A stretch of DNA of 64,000 nt from Eledone cirrhosa. Its lineage: Eukaryota. Below, piece after piece: positions 20,957 to 33,867 of this stretch. Numbering within the stretch: position 1 is the first letter of the stretch; each line of letters begins with the position of its first letter. The stretch is from positions 247,194,001-247,258,000 of the forward strand of contig OZ024740.1 in assembly GCA_964016885.1 (NCBI GenBank). Reading direction: 5' to 3'. Below the pieces are notes generated by a model. That model had not been told where the DNA came from and searched no databases. It worked only from the letters and a program-made list of their open reading frames with translations. Made by a program: the position numbers and the translations under genes.

Positions 20957-21659
20957 GTAACATGAATAAGTAACATGAATATAACAATTTCATATTTAAA
21001 GGACTAATATTTGTTACATAACTGACATTTGTTTTGCCAATGAACAGGTAAACAAAATCTAGAAATGCTAGTCCGATGGGATCTATCGGAAATTTTAATT
21101 TCCAATACCTTTGCGCTAACACCGTGGTAAATAGGATCCTCAGAATTTAACAATGTTTCCATCTGTGCGGGATGTTTAATATTCATAAACATATATACAG
21201 AGCTAGATAGGGCGTGTCATCATACAGGATTTAGATTGTATACCTAGTAGTCGTATTGAAATGTACTGAGAGAAAATGTACAATATTAATAACATACAAC
21301 TACCATTATAGAGGTGTGGCTAGCATTGCTGTCATCAGCATTGCTGTCATATAAGGTTATTGATTCGATGAGTGGATTAAAGTTTATGACCATTCATCAT
21401 CGTTTGGATATTTTAGGTAGATCAAAGAGTTTCTTATTCTGCCGACTCGGGTGGTGGTTGTATATAGCTTTGACGTATTGATGTTATCTTAGTTAAGGAT
21501 AGTGTTTTGTATGGCAACTGGTGTTAAGATAGCATAAATGTTGATGATAGTATCGACGTCTATGCTCGAAGGGTGTCATGCTGAGTTCGAATGAAAAGCT
21601 CGAAAACTTCCAGAATATGGGAACTAGAAAAGAAAGGTACTAAATGCGACATTTCGCGG

Positions 21660-21731
21660 TTAGGGTTAGGGTTAGGGTTAGCGTTAGGGTTAGGGTTAGG
21701 GTTAGCGTTAGGGTTAGGGTTAGGGTTAGCG
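21660..21731 (+). repeat. Interstitial telomere-like repeat [(TTAGGG)3 TTAGCG]x3
   Basis: Read directly: 12 hexamers in three exact 24-bp units. Confidence 0.95.
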
Positions 21732-21959
21732 GGAAAATATTATAAACAATAGACTAGAACGACTATTCAATTGTAGATATAAATAATATAAAACTTTCTC
21801 CTATTATAATCCCCAGAGTAGGGTAAAAGAGGGGTTGTATGTGGTAAGGGAGCAACTAGTGTAGGTGTGTGTGTGTGTGGGGGTGGTGGAGAAGAGGAAC
21901 ATGTGGATCTGTAGGGTTGTGTGTGGGTGGATGATGGAGAGGTTGAGCATGTGAGGAAT

Positions 21960-22895
21960 TTAGACCGTTACTGATTCAGGTCTGGAGAAAAAAAATCGTG
22001 TGCTGCCCATGTCTAAGGCATGTACCCAGGGATCTGGAGAAAACTAAGGCTGCAGACGGTGAAGTTGCGGGAAGAGTGTCCGGCGGAGCGGAGTATCGGG
22101 CGACCAGTGACGGGGTTTCAAGCTGGATGCCCCGAAGATGCTAGGCGAACTGGTCAGCCAATCACCACCATGTCTGTACGATGGAGGGAGCCCCACATAG
22201 CATGCAATGGAACCCGTATACAAGGCTGGAGGAGGTGCAGCGAAAGGGGTTCTAGAATCGGAGGGATGGGCCGTTGGGCCCCCGAAAGGTGTTGGTGTTG
22301 TTGTGTAATGGTGAGTGTGGAAGCGGGGTCGAGAGCAGGATAGGAATCCGGGGAAGAATTTGGGTAAGAAGGGAACTGAGGATGAGGAGGTTCCGAAGCT
22401 TGCGTGTGCACTTGAAAGAGGGGAGGAGTGAGAAGTGGAAGATGGTGGAAGATGGCGGAGGAGGAGCTGTCCGTCCGGAGGCGGCGGAAGAGCCAGAGGA
22501 CCGTCCGCTAGAGGAGTAATGTGGTGGGGTGGTAGGTAAGGTGGAAAGCGAGTCGGTTTGTGGGGGCCAAGGCGTGGGGTGAGAATGATGGTGTGATCGA
22601 TGGCGCGGGCGTGGGTGAGAGCGGTGTGGACAAGGGTGGGGAAACCTCTCTGAGTGAAGTGCCCAGCCAAATAATGGCCTCAGCCTCGAAGTCCTAGGTC
22701 CGGCTACATAGGCGGTGGAGTCTGAAGAATTGGGATTAGGGGATGGATTGTTTGGTGTGGGTGCGATGTGAGTAAGAGTGGCGTTAGTGGGTTTAAAGAA
22801 GGCGGAGGTGAGCGATGGGATGAGTGAGGGAGTAGATCTCCAAGAAGTGAACTGGGGTAGTGAAGTCGAGGGCAGGATGAAAGGAGCAGATGTCA
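21960..22895 (-). pseudogene. Highly decayed PLE thumb plus GIY-YIG (Neptune/Poseidon-like)
   Basis: Minus-strand remnants LTSAFFKPTN (cf. YxKPTD), FTQRGFPTLVHTALTHARAID and QTWW*LADQFA*HLRGI (cf. GQTxRRLxDRFAEHLR). Confidence 0.55.
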
Positions 22896-22994
22896 CAGTT
22901 TGCCTGAAACATTTGTAAGCGATTCAAAACTATTTTTTAATGAATTGGTTGGGCAAGCTGTAAACAATCGAAATTATTGGATATCGATCTGAAC

Positions 22995-23042
<48 letters not shown>

Positions 23043-23550
23043 AGGGATTTGATCCCTTTCTTCTCATAGTATATTTTATATAGTGTTTGGGTGTATTTTT
23101 TTATGGGACAGTGATATAATTGTAATAAGTAGCTATATATCTTGGACACTTTATATCCCGAGTCATCATCAAGTTCTCAATCACTCATATGTATAATTAG
23201 TTTACAGTAGAGTTTGATCCCAAACTTAAGTTTCCTTTTGTCTAAACATAACACACACATTAATTAAGCCATTGTCTATAAATAATAATAGTACAGTCTA
23301 TCATAATAAAAATTTACCTGGTCGTTAAATATGAATATATTGCCAATATTATTCACTATTCCTTTTCTAGCTCCTTATTTTTCTATTTATATGTTTTTTC
23401 ATTAATTAACATTTCTGAATTGATTGAGTCATATTAACAATTATAATTGAATTTGGATTGTATTAATAATTAATAATTTTATGTTGTATTTATGCTTTTT
23501 ATAATATTGTGGAGGCATAATTATTATTTCATGCACTAATCTTTAATAAT

Positions 23551-23731
23551 TGTTTCTACTTTAGGCACAAGGCCAGCAATTAACCAGTACATTACTGGTA
23601 CTTTATTTTATCGACCCCGTAAGGATGAAAGGCAAAGTTAACCTCGGAGGGATTTGAACTCAGTCCGTAAAGGGACGTAACTCTATGCTGGAAAGCATGG
23701 TGTCCGACTCTCTACCGATACTGCTAATCCA
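23551..23731 (-). mobile_element. tRNA-derived SINE
   Basis: Box A-like (TAGCAGTATCGG), box B (GAGTTCAAATCC), core AACTTTGCCTTTCATCCTTACGGGGTCGATAAAATAAAGTACCAG and an (ATT)n tail. About nine copies in the window. Confidence 0.85.
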
Positions 23732-24306
23732 ATAATAGCCAAATGTTGGAAAATTAATAGCTTTTCTAATTATAGTAAATAGTTTACATATAATGAAGCT
23801 CTTCTGTTGGTTTCTACACACATCCTGGATCGGAATTATCTCATCTTATTTGTTTACTTCCTATCTTGTAAAACGTTTTAGAATTATGGCCGCCGATGTG
23901 TTAATTCCAAGTTTGTAAACAGATGGTATGGTGCGACCCCCTCTGGATGATATCCACTGTGGTTTCTTATTGGTACGTATGTTTATATATATATATAAAG
24001 AGAGAGAGAGAGAGAGACAGAGAAAGAGAGAGATACATGTATATAAATACACAAACATACATAGATATGTTTCTTTATTAGCCACAGGGGCACAAACGAA
24101 GGGGACAAATACAAAGGGGGAAGTTTACATACAATAAAAACATGTAAAATATTATCACAAATGTAATTTAAAAATTAGTCGATTTTCCCCAATAGGGGGA
24201 GACATTACATATGGGTAACACATACCCCCGAACAAAATGTGCAACCCTCATGTTCAGGAGTACGAAGAGTTTGTACTCCTTTCCACTCCTCCTCCTTTTC
24301 CTCAAC

Positions 24307-27111
24307 CTACAGGCTGATATAGAGAGAAGGCCCATTTACTCGGGCCATTCTCGCCACTTTCACCCACCTTTCATAAAACTTGCTGGGGTACAGCAGCTCT
24401 CTCTCCATCCTGATTCTTCTTCCAAAGTGGTATTTGAAAAAAAGAATCAGTTGTTGGCCGGAGAGAAAGGTTTCTGACCTCAGCCCTTTCAACCTTGTCC
24501 ACCATACAACCTCTTTCGCCATACCTATCACACAAAGGAAAACCGCCTCTCTTTCGTTTTTGAAGGAGAGTGGCGGTTTGATCATGACAATGGACTCGGT
24601 GGTCAACCGGATTGGTCCCACCCGCGACAATAGTCGTTCTACATAGCCCCACAGGTCGGTGACGCCCGGGCAGTGCATGAATGCGTGCGCGACGGTTTCT
24701 TCGTCTCGCACGCACCTCGGACAGATCTTTTTTGCAGGGTCCCTGCCCGGGCGCCCATGTCTGTAGAGCTTGTCTCTAACTGGTAGAGCTCCTCGGTAGC
24801 ACTGCCAGGCCAGGGACTTTTGAAAGTTGTCCATCGGTCCCGGGCGGAAGGTCCTACCGAACAGACTGGCCAGTTCGTCTTCCCCTACGCCTAGAGTTTC
24901 ACCGAGCACGTCGTCGCACTTGCTGCGGATCAACCCTCTATAGAATGACGAAGTGGAATCTCCACTGATCGCCGGGTCCGCCTGCCAGAGGGCTGTGAGC
25001 GCCTGAGCACATTCGATGTGCCAGTCGCCCATTTTCCTCGGTCTTTGCTTGACCCAGGACTGCAGCTCGGTCAGCGAGACGAGTCGTGGGAAGGCTCGCC
25101 TCACGAACGGGGCCCACACCGGTTGTCCGGTGAGGAATACGTAGAGATGCCGCAGCCTGAGCGCGTGTTTGCGCATCATCAGCCACGACATCCCCAGCCC
25201 TCCGTTGGAAGGGCGTTGGTAGCAGATGGATCTTCTCACCAAAGGAGCCCGCCTCTTCCAAAGGAATTGGAAGAGCGCGCGCTCCATTTTGGCGAGCGTT
25301 TTGGCTGGACAAGGCACGACGGTTAAGCGGTAGTAGATGGCGGACGCTATATCGAAAGCCTTAGACTGATCCAAGTTGATCAGGGCCCCACCGAGGCCGG
25401 GTTTACACCCTACCCTCTCTATAATGTATCGCATGAGGTGGAGGTTGTCGTGTATGGACCTGGTCAGGATTGCGCATGTCTGCGCTTCTCCCACCAAGTT
25501 CTCGACGACAAGCGCCAGCCTCTTTGCTAACACCTTGGCCAAAATCTGTAACTCTGTGTTTAACAGAGTTATGAGCCGGAAGTTGCCTATGTCATCTCCC
25601 TTATTCTCGTCCTTCCTGACTAGTGTGACTAGGCCCCGGTCACAGAACTGTTGCCAGTTGCAGTAGACCGCTTCCAGGAGACCGGAGAATAAGTCCGGCA
25701 TTGCTACGTAAAATTCGTAGGGTAGACCATCGAGACCTGGAGATTTGCGTTTGCCGCATTGGCTCAACGCGTCCCCTATCTCAGCGACTGAAATCGGCTT
25801 TTCGCAGAACTTTGCCTCGCTGTCCGAGAGTCGCGGTAGGCCGTCGAGGTATGGACCGAAATCCATAGCCCCTCCTGGCGCGCCGCCCTGCCCGAACAGC
25901 TGAGCAAAGTGCCGCTGAAAGGCGGCACACATCTGCTTCGGCTCACGTATCCCGCGTCCGTTTTGGTCCTTCAAAGACCGAATGATGGACTTGTTGCCAC
26001 TTTTTGCCTCCGTCACTCGGGCCCAACTAACAGCTTTGGCTCCCTCGTTTCCCAGAGCACGTATTTTGCTTCTGACAACGCAGCCCTCATGCTTTGCGTC
26101 GAAGAACTGGTCCAAGGCCGTTCTCGCTGTTAGCACGCTGGCTACGTTGCCACTTCTAATTACCTCTTCTACTTTATCTAACAGTTCTTTCTCCGTTCTA
26201 TTTCTATCTAACGCTCATTCTTTACTAAAAACTAACGAGTCTAATCTAACTGCCCTCTTGAGAGAGTACCACCATCTGTTGTTGACAATGGTCCCTGTCA
26301 AGTGTTGTTTAACTAAAGTGCTAATCCGTCTACTGTAGGCTTTGCATGTCGGTAACGACAAGTTCAGCTTCCAGTAGCCGGGTCCTTGTCTATGGGTTCT
26401 ATCAAGGTTGACCATGCAGGTCACTAGTTTGTGATCTGAATAGGCAACCATGAACATTTGTGGAGAGTTTAACATGTCCCTATCCTTATTTCTAACTAGA
26501 ACCCTATCTAGGAACGATCTAGATGTTCCGCTAAGATTAGTCCACGTCCACAGTGGCACAGTCGGAAAATCTAGTCGATATCTATCGGCCAGTCAAATCG
26601 GCCGATTAACTGTTTGAGGATGTTACACCCCCCCTTTATCGGGACATGGTCCCACATAGTCCCAACGTGCATCTAGGATTCCATTCCAGTCCCCCACTAA
26701 AAGCAAGGAGCGGGACGTTTCAAGAAAAGTCTCTAGACGTTTGAAGAAGTCTGGCCGCGGTGTCCCGGACGGGGCATATGCGGCCACCAGCCTGAAGGCT
26801 CCACCTTCACTACCGTCAACGTCTAGGACCACCAGTCGACCCTCCGGGTCCATATGTACGGTCTGTGTTACGTGGCCCAGGTGTTTCCGCAGCAAAACGG
26901 CAACCCCGCCCCCACCCCCCGGCTAACAGAGAGATGCGTAGATCTCAAAGTCATCGAAGATGGGGGCCAGCTGTCGCTCGCTGTGGATCCTGGAGTCGCA
27001 AATGGCTACTACATCCATACTGTGCGACCTGAGTTCGTTTAAGAGTTTGCCCTGTTTCCAGGGCATCCCCAGGCCGCGTACATTCACACACCCAACTCTT
27101 ATATTGGCCAT
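24307..27111 (-). pseudogene. Tx1 ORF2 (APE endonuclease-RT-zf-RVT) with frameshifts and an RT-core deletion
   Basis: CVNVRGL, LVGDWN, SFLDRV, YSDH, GYWKLN, KSPGLDGL. LDQSKAFD is fused directly to IASAIYY, so QGCP and YADD are missing. CPRC..ETVAHAFMHC at the C terminus. Confidence 0.9.
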
Positions 27112-27145
27112 GTTGGTTCTGAAAATTTAAAAGAGAAGAAAACAC

Positions 27146-28597
27146 TCACCTCTTCGTCTCCCGGGGATCAGGCCGCACGGTGTTAGAGGAGTTGTCTGGG
27201 TGGGTGGTGGTTTCCGGCGGGGTGGGGACGGAGATGTTTGGTGGGGTGGGGGTGTCTGGGGTGAGGGTGGGGAAACTTTTTAAAAGGACGCGGTTAATGG
27301 GTTTAACACAAGGATTACCCACGTCATTAGGAAAGTTTTCCTTTAAAGACTTATAGGTGTCTGTAGGGGCCCTAATCGTCTTTAAATTAGGTTTGTCTAC
27401 ACAGTTCGAAAAAGGGTCGTTGGAGATGACCTCCATTAAAGTTTTGTTTTTACTGTTTATGTATGTGTAATGTTCTTGTTGTGTTGCGGTGGTTTTTGTC
27501 TTTTGTTCTTGTGGGAGCTTTCGTTTTGTTGTAGGTGTTTGTGTTTGGAGTGATGTCGTGGTGTTGTTTTCGGGACGGGGGTTTTTTGTTTGTAATGTTT
27601 GTGTTGTTTCTGTTGGTGGTTCTATGTTTGTAGTGATGTTTGTTGTTTTTTTTGTTCTTGTGGTGTCTTTTCTTTTTTCTTTTCGAACGGAGAGGCTCTC
27701 CCTCATCATCACTTGGTGATGATATGGGGGCCTCGTCCGTTGTGGTGTCTGTGTTATTTGGAAGAGGTATGTTTTGGGGAACTGTTGTGTTTGTGGGTGT
27801 TTTTGCAGTGGTTTTAGGTGGAGTGGGGTTGGGTGGGACTGTGCTTGCAGATTAGTTTGTTGTTCTTGTTTTGGTTGCGTTTGCGTGTTGTTGTTGTTGT
27901 TGTTGTGGTGGTTGTTGTGTTGTTGTTTTGGGTGTTGGCAGTAGTGCCTCTCTTTTTTTTTTTAGTTAACTGAGGGCAGTAAGCCTTCAGGTGACCACTT
28001 CTTAAACAGTGGTAACATGAAGGCCGCCTACCCTCAACAGAATATTTTTGTGCTGTCAATTGGTCTTTCAACAACACCGAAATGCTTCCAAAAAGTTTCC
28101 CTTTTTGGATGAAGGCAATATCCTTCATGGAATTCGTCAGAACCAGTTCAATATCGTTTTGGGATAACTGAACTGGTTTTTTCGACACATTTGAAACCGT
28201 CCTAAAAATTACTGTTTTTAGAACAGTTTCTCTGCGTAACTGTTGAGGAGAAGTGATGCTGAAAGCACCACTCTCACCAAAAGTTACATAGGTTTGCATC
28301 GCTTAACATTTCCCTAGCATTGGAAATGTCAAGGTATGTGAACAGTTCCGTCTTTTGGACGGTTTGAGCAAAAGAAATCTTTTCCTTGTTCGTGGAGTTG
28401 TTCGTGTTGCTGTTGTTGTTGGTGGTGGTGTTGTTATCATTGTTGTTGTTGTTGGTGGTGTTGTTGTTATCATTGTTGCTGCTGTTGTTTTTGTTGTCAT
28501 TATTGTTGTTGTTGTTGTTGTTCTGGTTGGTGTTGTTTATATTTTGCATGTTATTGGTGTTTGTGTTAGTGTTGATGTTACAATCAACGTCCGACAT
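27146..28597 (-). pseudogene. Tx1 ORF1 (nucleic-acid binding, CCHC zinc knuckle), frameshifted
   Basis: ISFAQTV and VEGRRPSCYHCLRSGHLKAYCPQ, with Asn/Thr-rich tracts. Lies directly upstream of ORF2. Confidence 0.8.
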
Positions 28598-28837
28598 CGT
28601 GTTTTCAAAACTGACGACATTTTCGATGTCTTTCAATGAGGTGGTGAGAGGAGGTGACTGCGAGCTTAACACTCTTACCGCCTCTCCACCACTTCTTAGA
28701 TAGACAGGAAGGGAGTAAAGAGAAACAAGAAAAAGGTGAAATGAAAGAAACAAACAGAGAATGATGTAAAGAAAGAAGAATAAAAGAATGAAATACAGTA
28801 AGAGATGAAGTAAAGCAGTAAACCGCATTGTTACTCA

Positions 28838-28912
<75 letters not shown>

Positions 28913-29110
28913 CCAACAAACCATTAACATCATTCTTGCTCCACCAAAAAGACAATGTTCCCTTCTGAAAAAGATTATTTGCAATGAAGTAAAAAATTAT
29001 GATTTTATTCATATAAAATTCTCAAGTGGAAGAAGTTTTACACACACACACACGCACACACACAACAACAATATCTACTACTACTATTCTTACTGTTGTT
29101 GCAGAACTGA

Positions 29111-29500
29111 GGGTGTTGGATTAATAGAGTTAGTAGAGCGTCGGACAAAATGCCTTTGCGGCATTTGTTCCAGCTCTTTACGTTCTAAGTTCGTATCCTG
29201 CCAAAATCAACTTTGCCATTCATCCTTATGGGGTCGATAAAATAAAGGACCAGTCACGCACTGGTGTCGATGTAATGGACTTCCCCCTCCCCATAAATTG
29301 TTGGCCTTGTGCCGAAATTAGAAATCATTGCTGTTGTTAAACAAAATGCTGCGCAGTAGTTGCTCCAGCTCTGTGCATTCTAAGTTCAAATTCCATTAAG
29401 GCCAACCTTGCCTCTCTACTTTCCAAAGTCGATGAAATAAAGTACCACTCAAGTACTGGGATCAATTTAAAATTAAAAAATTTGTCTAAATTAGAAACTA
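29111..29500 (+). mobile_element. Two tandem older tRNA-derived SINE copies (29111-29329 and 29341-29500)
   Basis: Diverged box B and the same core (CAACTTTGCC.TTCATCCTT..GGGTCGATAAAATAAAG.ACCAG). Confidence 0.7.
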
Positions 29501-29574
29501 CTGTTGTTGTTGTTGTTGCTGTTATTGTTGTTAATAAGGCTATTATCATCAGTAACCAGAATCATTATCCTCAA

Positions 29575-30110
29575 CTTAATCATCGTTACAACCACTCTCA
29601 TCATCATCACCATCACCATCATCATCACAAATCACCATCCCCATCGTCATCACCATTACCACTACCACCGGCACCATTTTGATAATCACAAGAATCATCC
29701 GCACCGCTAGAACCAACGCAAATAGCATTACAACCTCCGCCAGGACCGCCACTATCACCATCAAAACAAACACCATCACATCACGACCCAAATTACCAAC
29801 AACAACATTACCACAAACTCCAAGAATACCACCACCAGCATCACCATCACCACCACTACGACCAACAGCAACGCCAACATCGACACTACCAATAACACCA
29901 TTACCATCACCACTCCAACAACACCACCATCAAACGTTTACTTCCACCAACACTCCCACAACTACAACCAAAACCATTATCACCACTACAACCATCACCA
30001 TATTCGCCATCAACAACACCAACCATACCAACAGCATCCATCACCACCAACACCAACATCACCAATACCAATAACACACACCAACAACAACAACGAAAAC
30101 AACAAAAGCA
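29575..30110. repeat. Degenerate (CAC/CAT/CAA)n low-complexity tract
   Basis: Trinucleotide periodicity that produces spurious His/Thr/Pro ORFs. Confidence 0.8.
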
Positions 30111-30374
30111 CGAACGCTAACATGTGTTCACATACTCTAGTACTTTAGCTCCAATGAAAATAGAGAAATGGAAAAAAAAAAAAAAAAAAACTCACATTTT
30201 GTCCCACTTAATTTCCACATGTTTTCCTTGTTGAAGAATGATTTCTTTATTATTTTTTCAATTATATATTTATATAATTATTTATTTCATTTTATTTGCC
30301 ACAGAATAATGAAAACATTAAAAATTATTTCTTTAAATTCCTTTGGGAGATAAGAGAACCAACAATGCAAAATC

Positions 30375-30497
30375 ATTCTTCTTCTACTTCTTCTTCTCCT
30401 CCCCTTGCTTCTCCTGCTCCTCCTCCCCCTTCTTCTTCTTCTTCTTCTTCTTCTTCTTCTTCTTCTTCTTCTTCTTCTTCTTCTTCTTCTCCTCCTT
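30375..30497. repeat. (TTC)n/(CTC)n microsatellite
   Basis: Read directly. Confidence 0.9.
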
Positions 30498-30789
30498 CGC
30501 CCACTTATTCCTGAGAGGGTTGGGGGAAGAGGCCTAAAACACTCCTTCCAGCGTGTACATTCAGAAGCAACCGTCTCCAACAGATACGGCTGGGTCCCTT
30601 ATTGAGATAAGCCAAGCTCATGGATGTTATCCAACCATCTTGCTCGGAGTCTGCCCCTGCCGGCTGGTTTTGCCCGTAAAATCTGTCCAGCGATTCTTTT
30701 CTGAGACATTCTAACCACATGTCCATCCTATCAGTTGTGATCTTTCAATTTGAAGAAGTAGCGTCTCTACCTGGAGTGATTCTTTTATC

Positions 30790-32849
30790 TCCAAGATATA
30801 CCCAGTTCTGTGAACTGGGAAGCGGTGGCACTGCTGAGAACAGACCCGAACAAGAGGGAAACAGATAATTTCAGGCTCAGAACTCTGCTGTACGCAGAGT
30901 TCAAAATTTTCGTCAATGTATTACCAACGAGGTTGGTGCTTGTCGTCGGTACTCTTGTGGAAGAGGAGCAAACATGCACCATTCCCAAGAGATCCATCCA
31001 CAACAACCTCCATCTCATGTTATATATTATGGAGAGGGTAGTTAAGGAACCTGGCATGGGTGGGACCTTGATCAATTTAGATCAATCAAAAGCTTTCGAT
31101 AGGGTCGACCACAAATACCGTCCACAAGAAATGCCGGCGTTGGGCCTGTTTTCAGAGGGCGGGTTGCTGCCATGCACAGCGATATCTGCTCAGTGCTGAG
31201 TGTGAACATTCACCTTTCAGAACCTTTCGACATCATGCGCTCTGTCTGCCAATATTGTCCCATTTCGTCCCTGTTATATGTATTGTCTCTAGAGTCATTA
31301 GTGCACAAACTGGAGACATTCAGGGATGCGGGAGACCCGTGTCAAGTTATGCCAATGATGTCACCGTAGTTGTGCCGAACGCCAAATACATTGAGGTGAT
31401 CGGCACCACTCTAAGAAAATATAAGGCGGTGATATGAGCAAAGGTTAACCAGGAAAGGTCGGTGGGCAGGTTCATGCCGTCCACAGCGTCGTCGGGCACT
31501 GGACTGACGGACCGGTTAAATTGATGGGATTCTGGTTCGGTCAGGACCTCCAGACGGACAAAAACTGGGACGAGATGAGGAGCAGGGTGGGGAAGAAATG
31601 GGGCAAGAGGAAGCTATCCCTGAAAGGTCGAGCGGGGGTGGTGAACACGTACATCGCGTCCGTCATCTACTACCACCGTGCCTTGTCCTAAGCCTCACCT
31701 AACCACACAAGAGCGATTGCTTTTTCGCTTTTTGTGGAAGGGACGCGCTCCGATAGTCAGGCGGTCCATCTGATGTCAACACACGCTACACGGGGGATGG
31801 CCAGACATGCGCTCAGGCTACGGCATCTCCACCTCTTCCTCGACGGTGAATAGGTGTGGTAGCCGTTTGCTAGACACGTTTTTCACAGCTCGTCTGCTTG
31901 ACGGAGCTTTAGTCGTGGGTCAAGCGAAGACCGAGAGGGAGCGCTTGAAGATTGGAAGGTCTTCGGGCGCTCACAGCCCTCGACCATTCAGACAATGCAA
32001 TCAGTGAAAACTCCACCTTGGCGTTCTATAGAGGGTTAGTGTAGGGAAAGAGCGATAACGTCTTTGGGGGAAACTCTGGATGTCGATGAAAGCCAACTAT
32101 ATAATCTCTTCGGGAGGAACTTCTGTCCAAGGCCAATGGATAACTTCCAGAAGACCCTGCCCTGGAAGTGTTAGCGAGTAGCGTTGCCAGTTGGAGATGA
32201 CATCCTCCACGCACTCGTCCAGTGTCCGAGCATCGATGTCTTGTGGGTTTATGTCGAACATCTGATGTCGCGTGTAGGACGGATCCGGCTATCAGCTGAG
32301 TCCATCGTGAAGATTGCCCCACCGCCCTCCAGGAGGGGCAGGCAGTTTTTATCTGCCTGGTAGCCATGGTAAAAGAGATCGTATGGTGGACGCGTCTGAA
32401 AGAGTTAAAGACGGGCACTTTCCTCTTCGGTGACGCCCTCATTAGCGTTTTCAGGTTTCACCTGAAAAGTAAAATCTGGGTGGAGAGGGAAGTGCTGACT
32501 TCCAGCCAGTTTGTTGAGAGGTGGGTGAAAGAGGCAAGAATGGCCCGGTTGAATGGGCCTACTCTGAGCATGTGCCTGCAGCATCGTAGGAGGAAAACTG
32601 GAAGAGGGCGTTGCCCTAGCGGTCAGGGTGACCATGGCTTTTTGTGGGCTTTCTCCAAGAGTGACCCTTGGAAGTCTTCCTCTATTGGGGAAATTTTTCT
32701 TTGTTTTCTTTTTTGTTACACCATTTGTTTTTGTTTTATATATATAATTTTTTTTTTCACGCAGGAATGCCCATTTGTACCGCCATGTGCTGTCCTTAAT
32801 GTTATACTTTATGTCAACCCTTGTAGTTAATAAATAAAGCATTATTATT
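30790..32849 (+). mobile_element. 5' truncated, decayed Tx1 LINE (RT, zf-RVT, 3' UTR)
   Basis: LDQSKAFDRVDH, YANDVT, KEIVWWTRLK. Ends with AATAAA and a short (ATT)n. Confidence 0.85.
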
Positions 32850-33225
32850 GGTGGATTGGCAGTATCGGTAGACGGTCGGACGCCATGCTTTGCAGCATAC
32901 AGTTTCGGCCCTTTATGATCTGAGTTCAAATCCCGCCGAGGTTAACTTTGGCTTTCATCCTTACGGGGTCGGTAAATTGAAGTACTATTCACGCACTGGG
33001 GTCGATTTAATCGACTTTCCCCTCCTCCCAAATTGCTGGCCTTCAGTATCGGTAGAGAGTCAGACACCATGCTTTGCAGCATAGAGTTACGCTCTTTTAC
33101 GGTTTGAGTTCAAATCCCGCCGAGGTTAACTTTGCCTTACATCCTTACGGGGTCGATAAAATAAAGTACCAGTAATACACTGGGTAATTGCTGGCCTTGT
33201 GCCAAAAGTAGAAACAATTATTATT
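32850..33225 (+). mobile_element. Two fused tRNA-derived SINE copies (32850-33043 and 33044-33225)
   Basis: Box A TGGCAGTATCGG, box B GAGTTCAAATCCC twice, and the core twice. Starts in the ATT tail of the preceding LINE. Confidence 0.85.
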
Positions 33226-33866
<641 letters not shown>

Positions 33867-33867
33867 G

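Larger units (their letters stand above)
24068..28840 (-). mobile_element. Tx1-type (L1 superfamily) LINE, near full length, decayed
   Basis: ORF1 with a CCHC knuckle, ORF2 with APE, RT and zf-RVT, and a 3' UTR with AATAAA. The 5' end abuts the (TC)n tract at 28842-28907. Confidence 0.9.

Noticed and set aside
21660-21731. True chromosome end or telomere-associated endonuclease-less PLE
   Set aside because: The tract is only 72 bp and internal, and every PLE ORF here has a GIY-YIG endonuclease.
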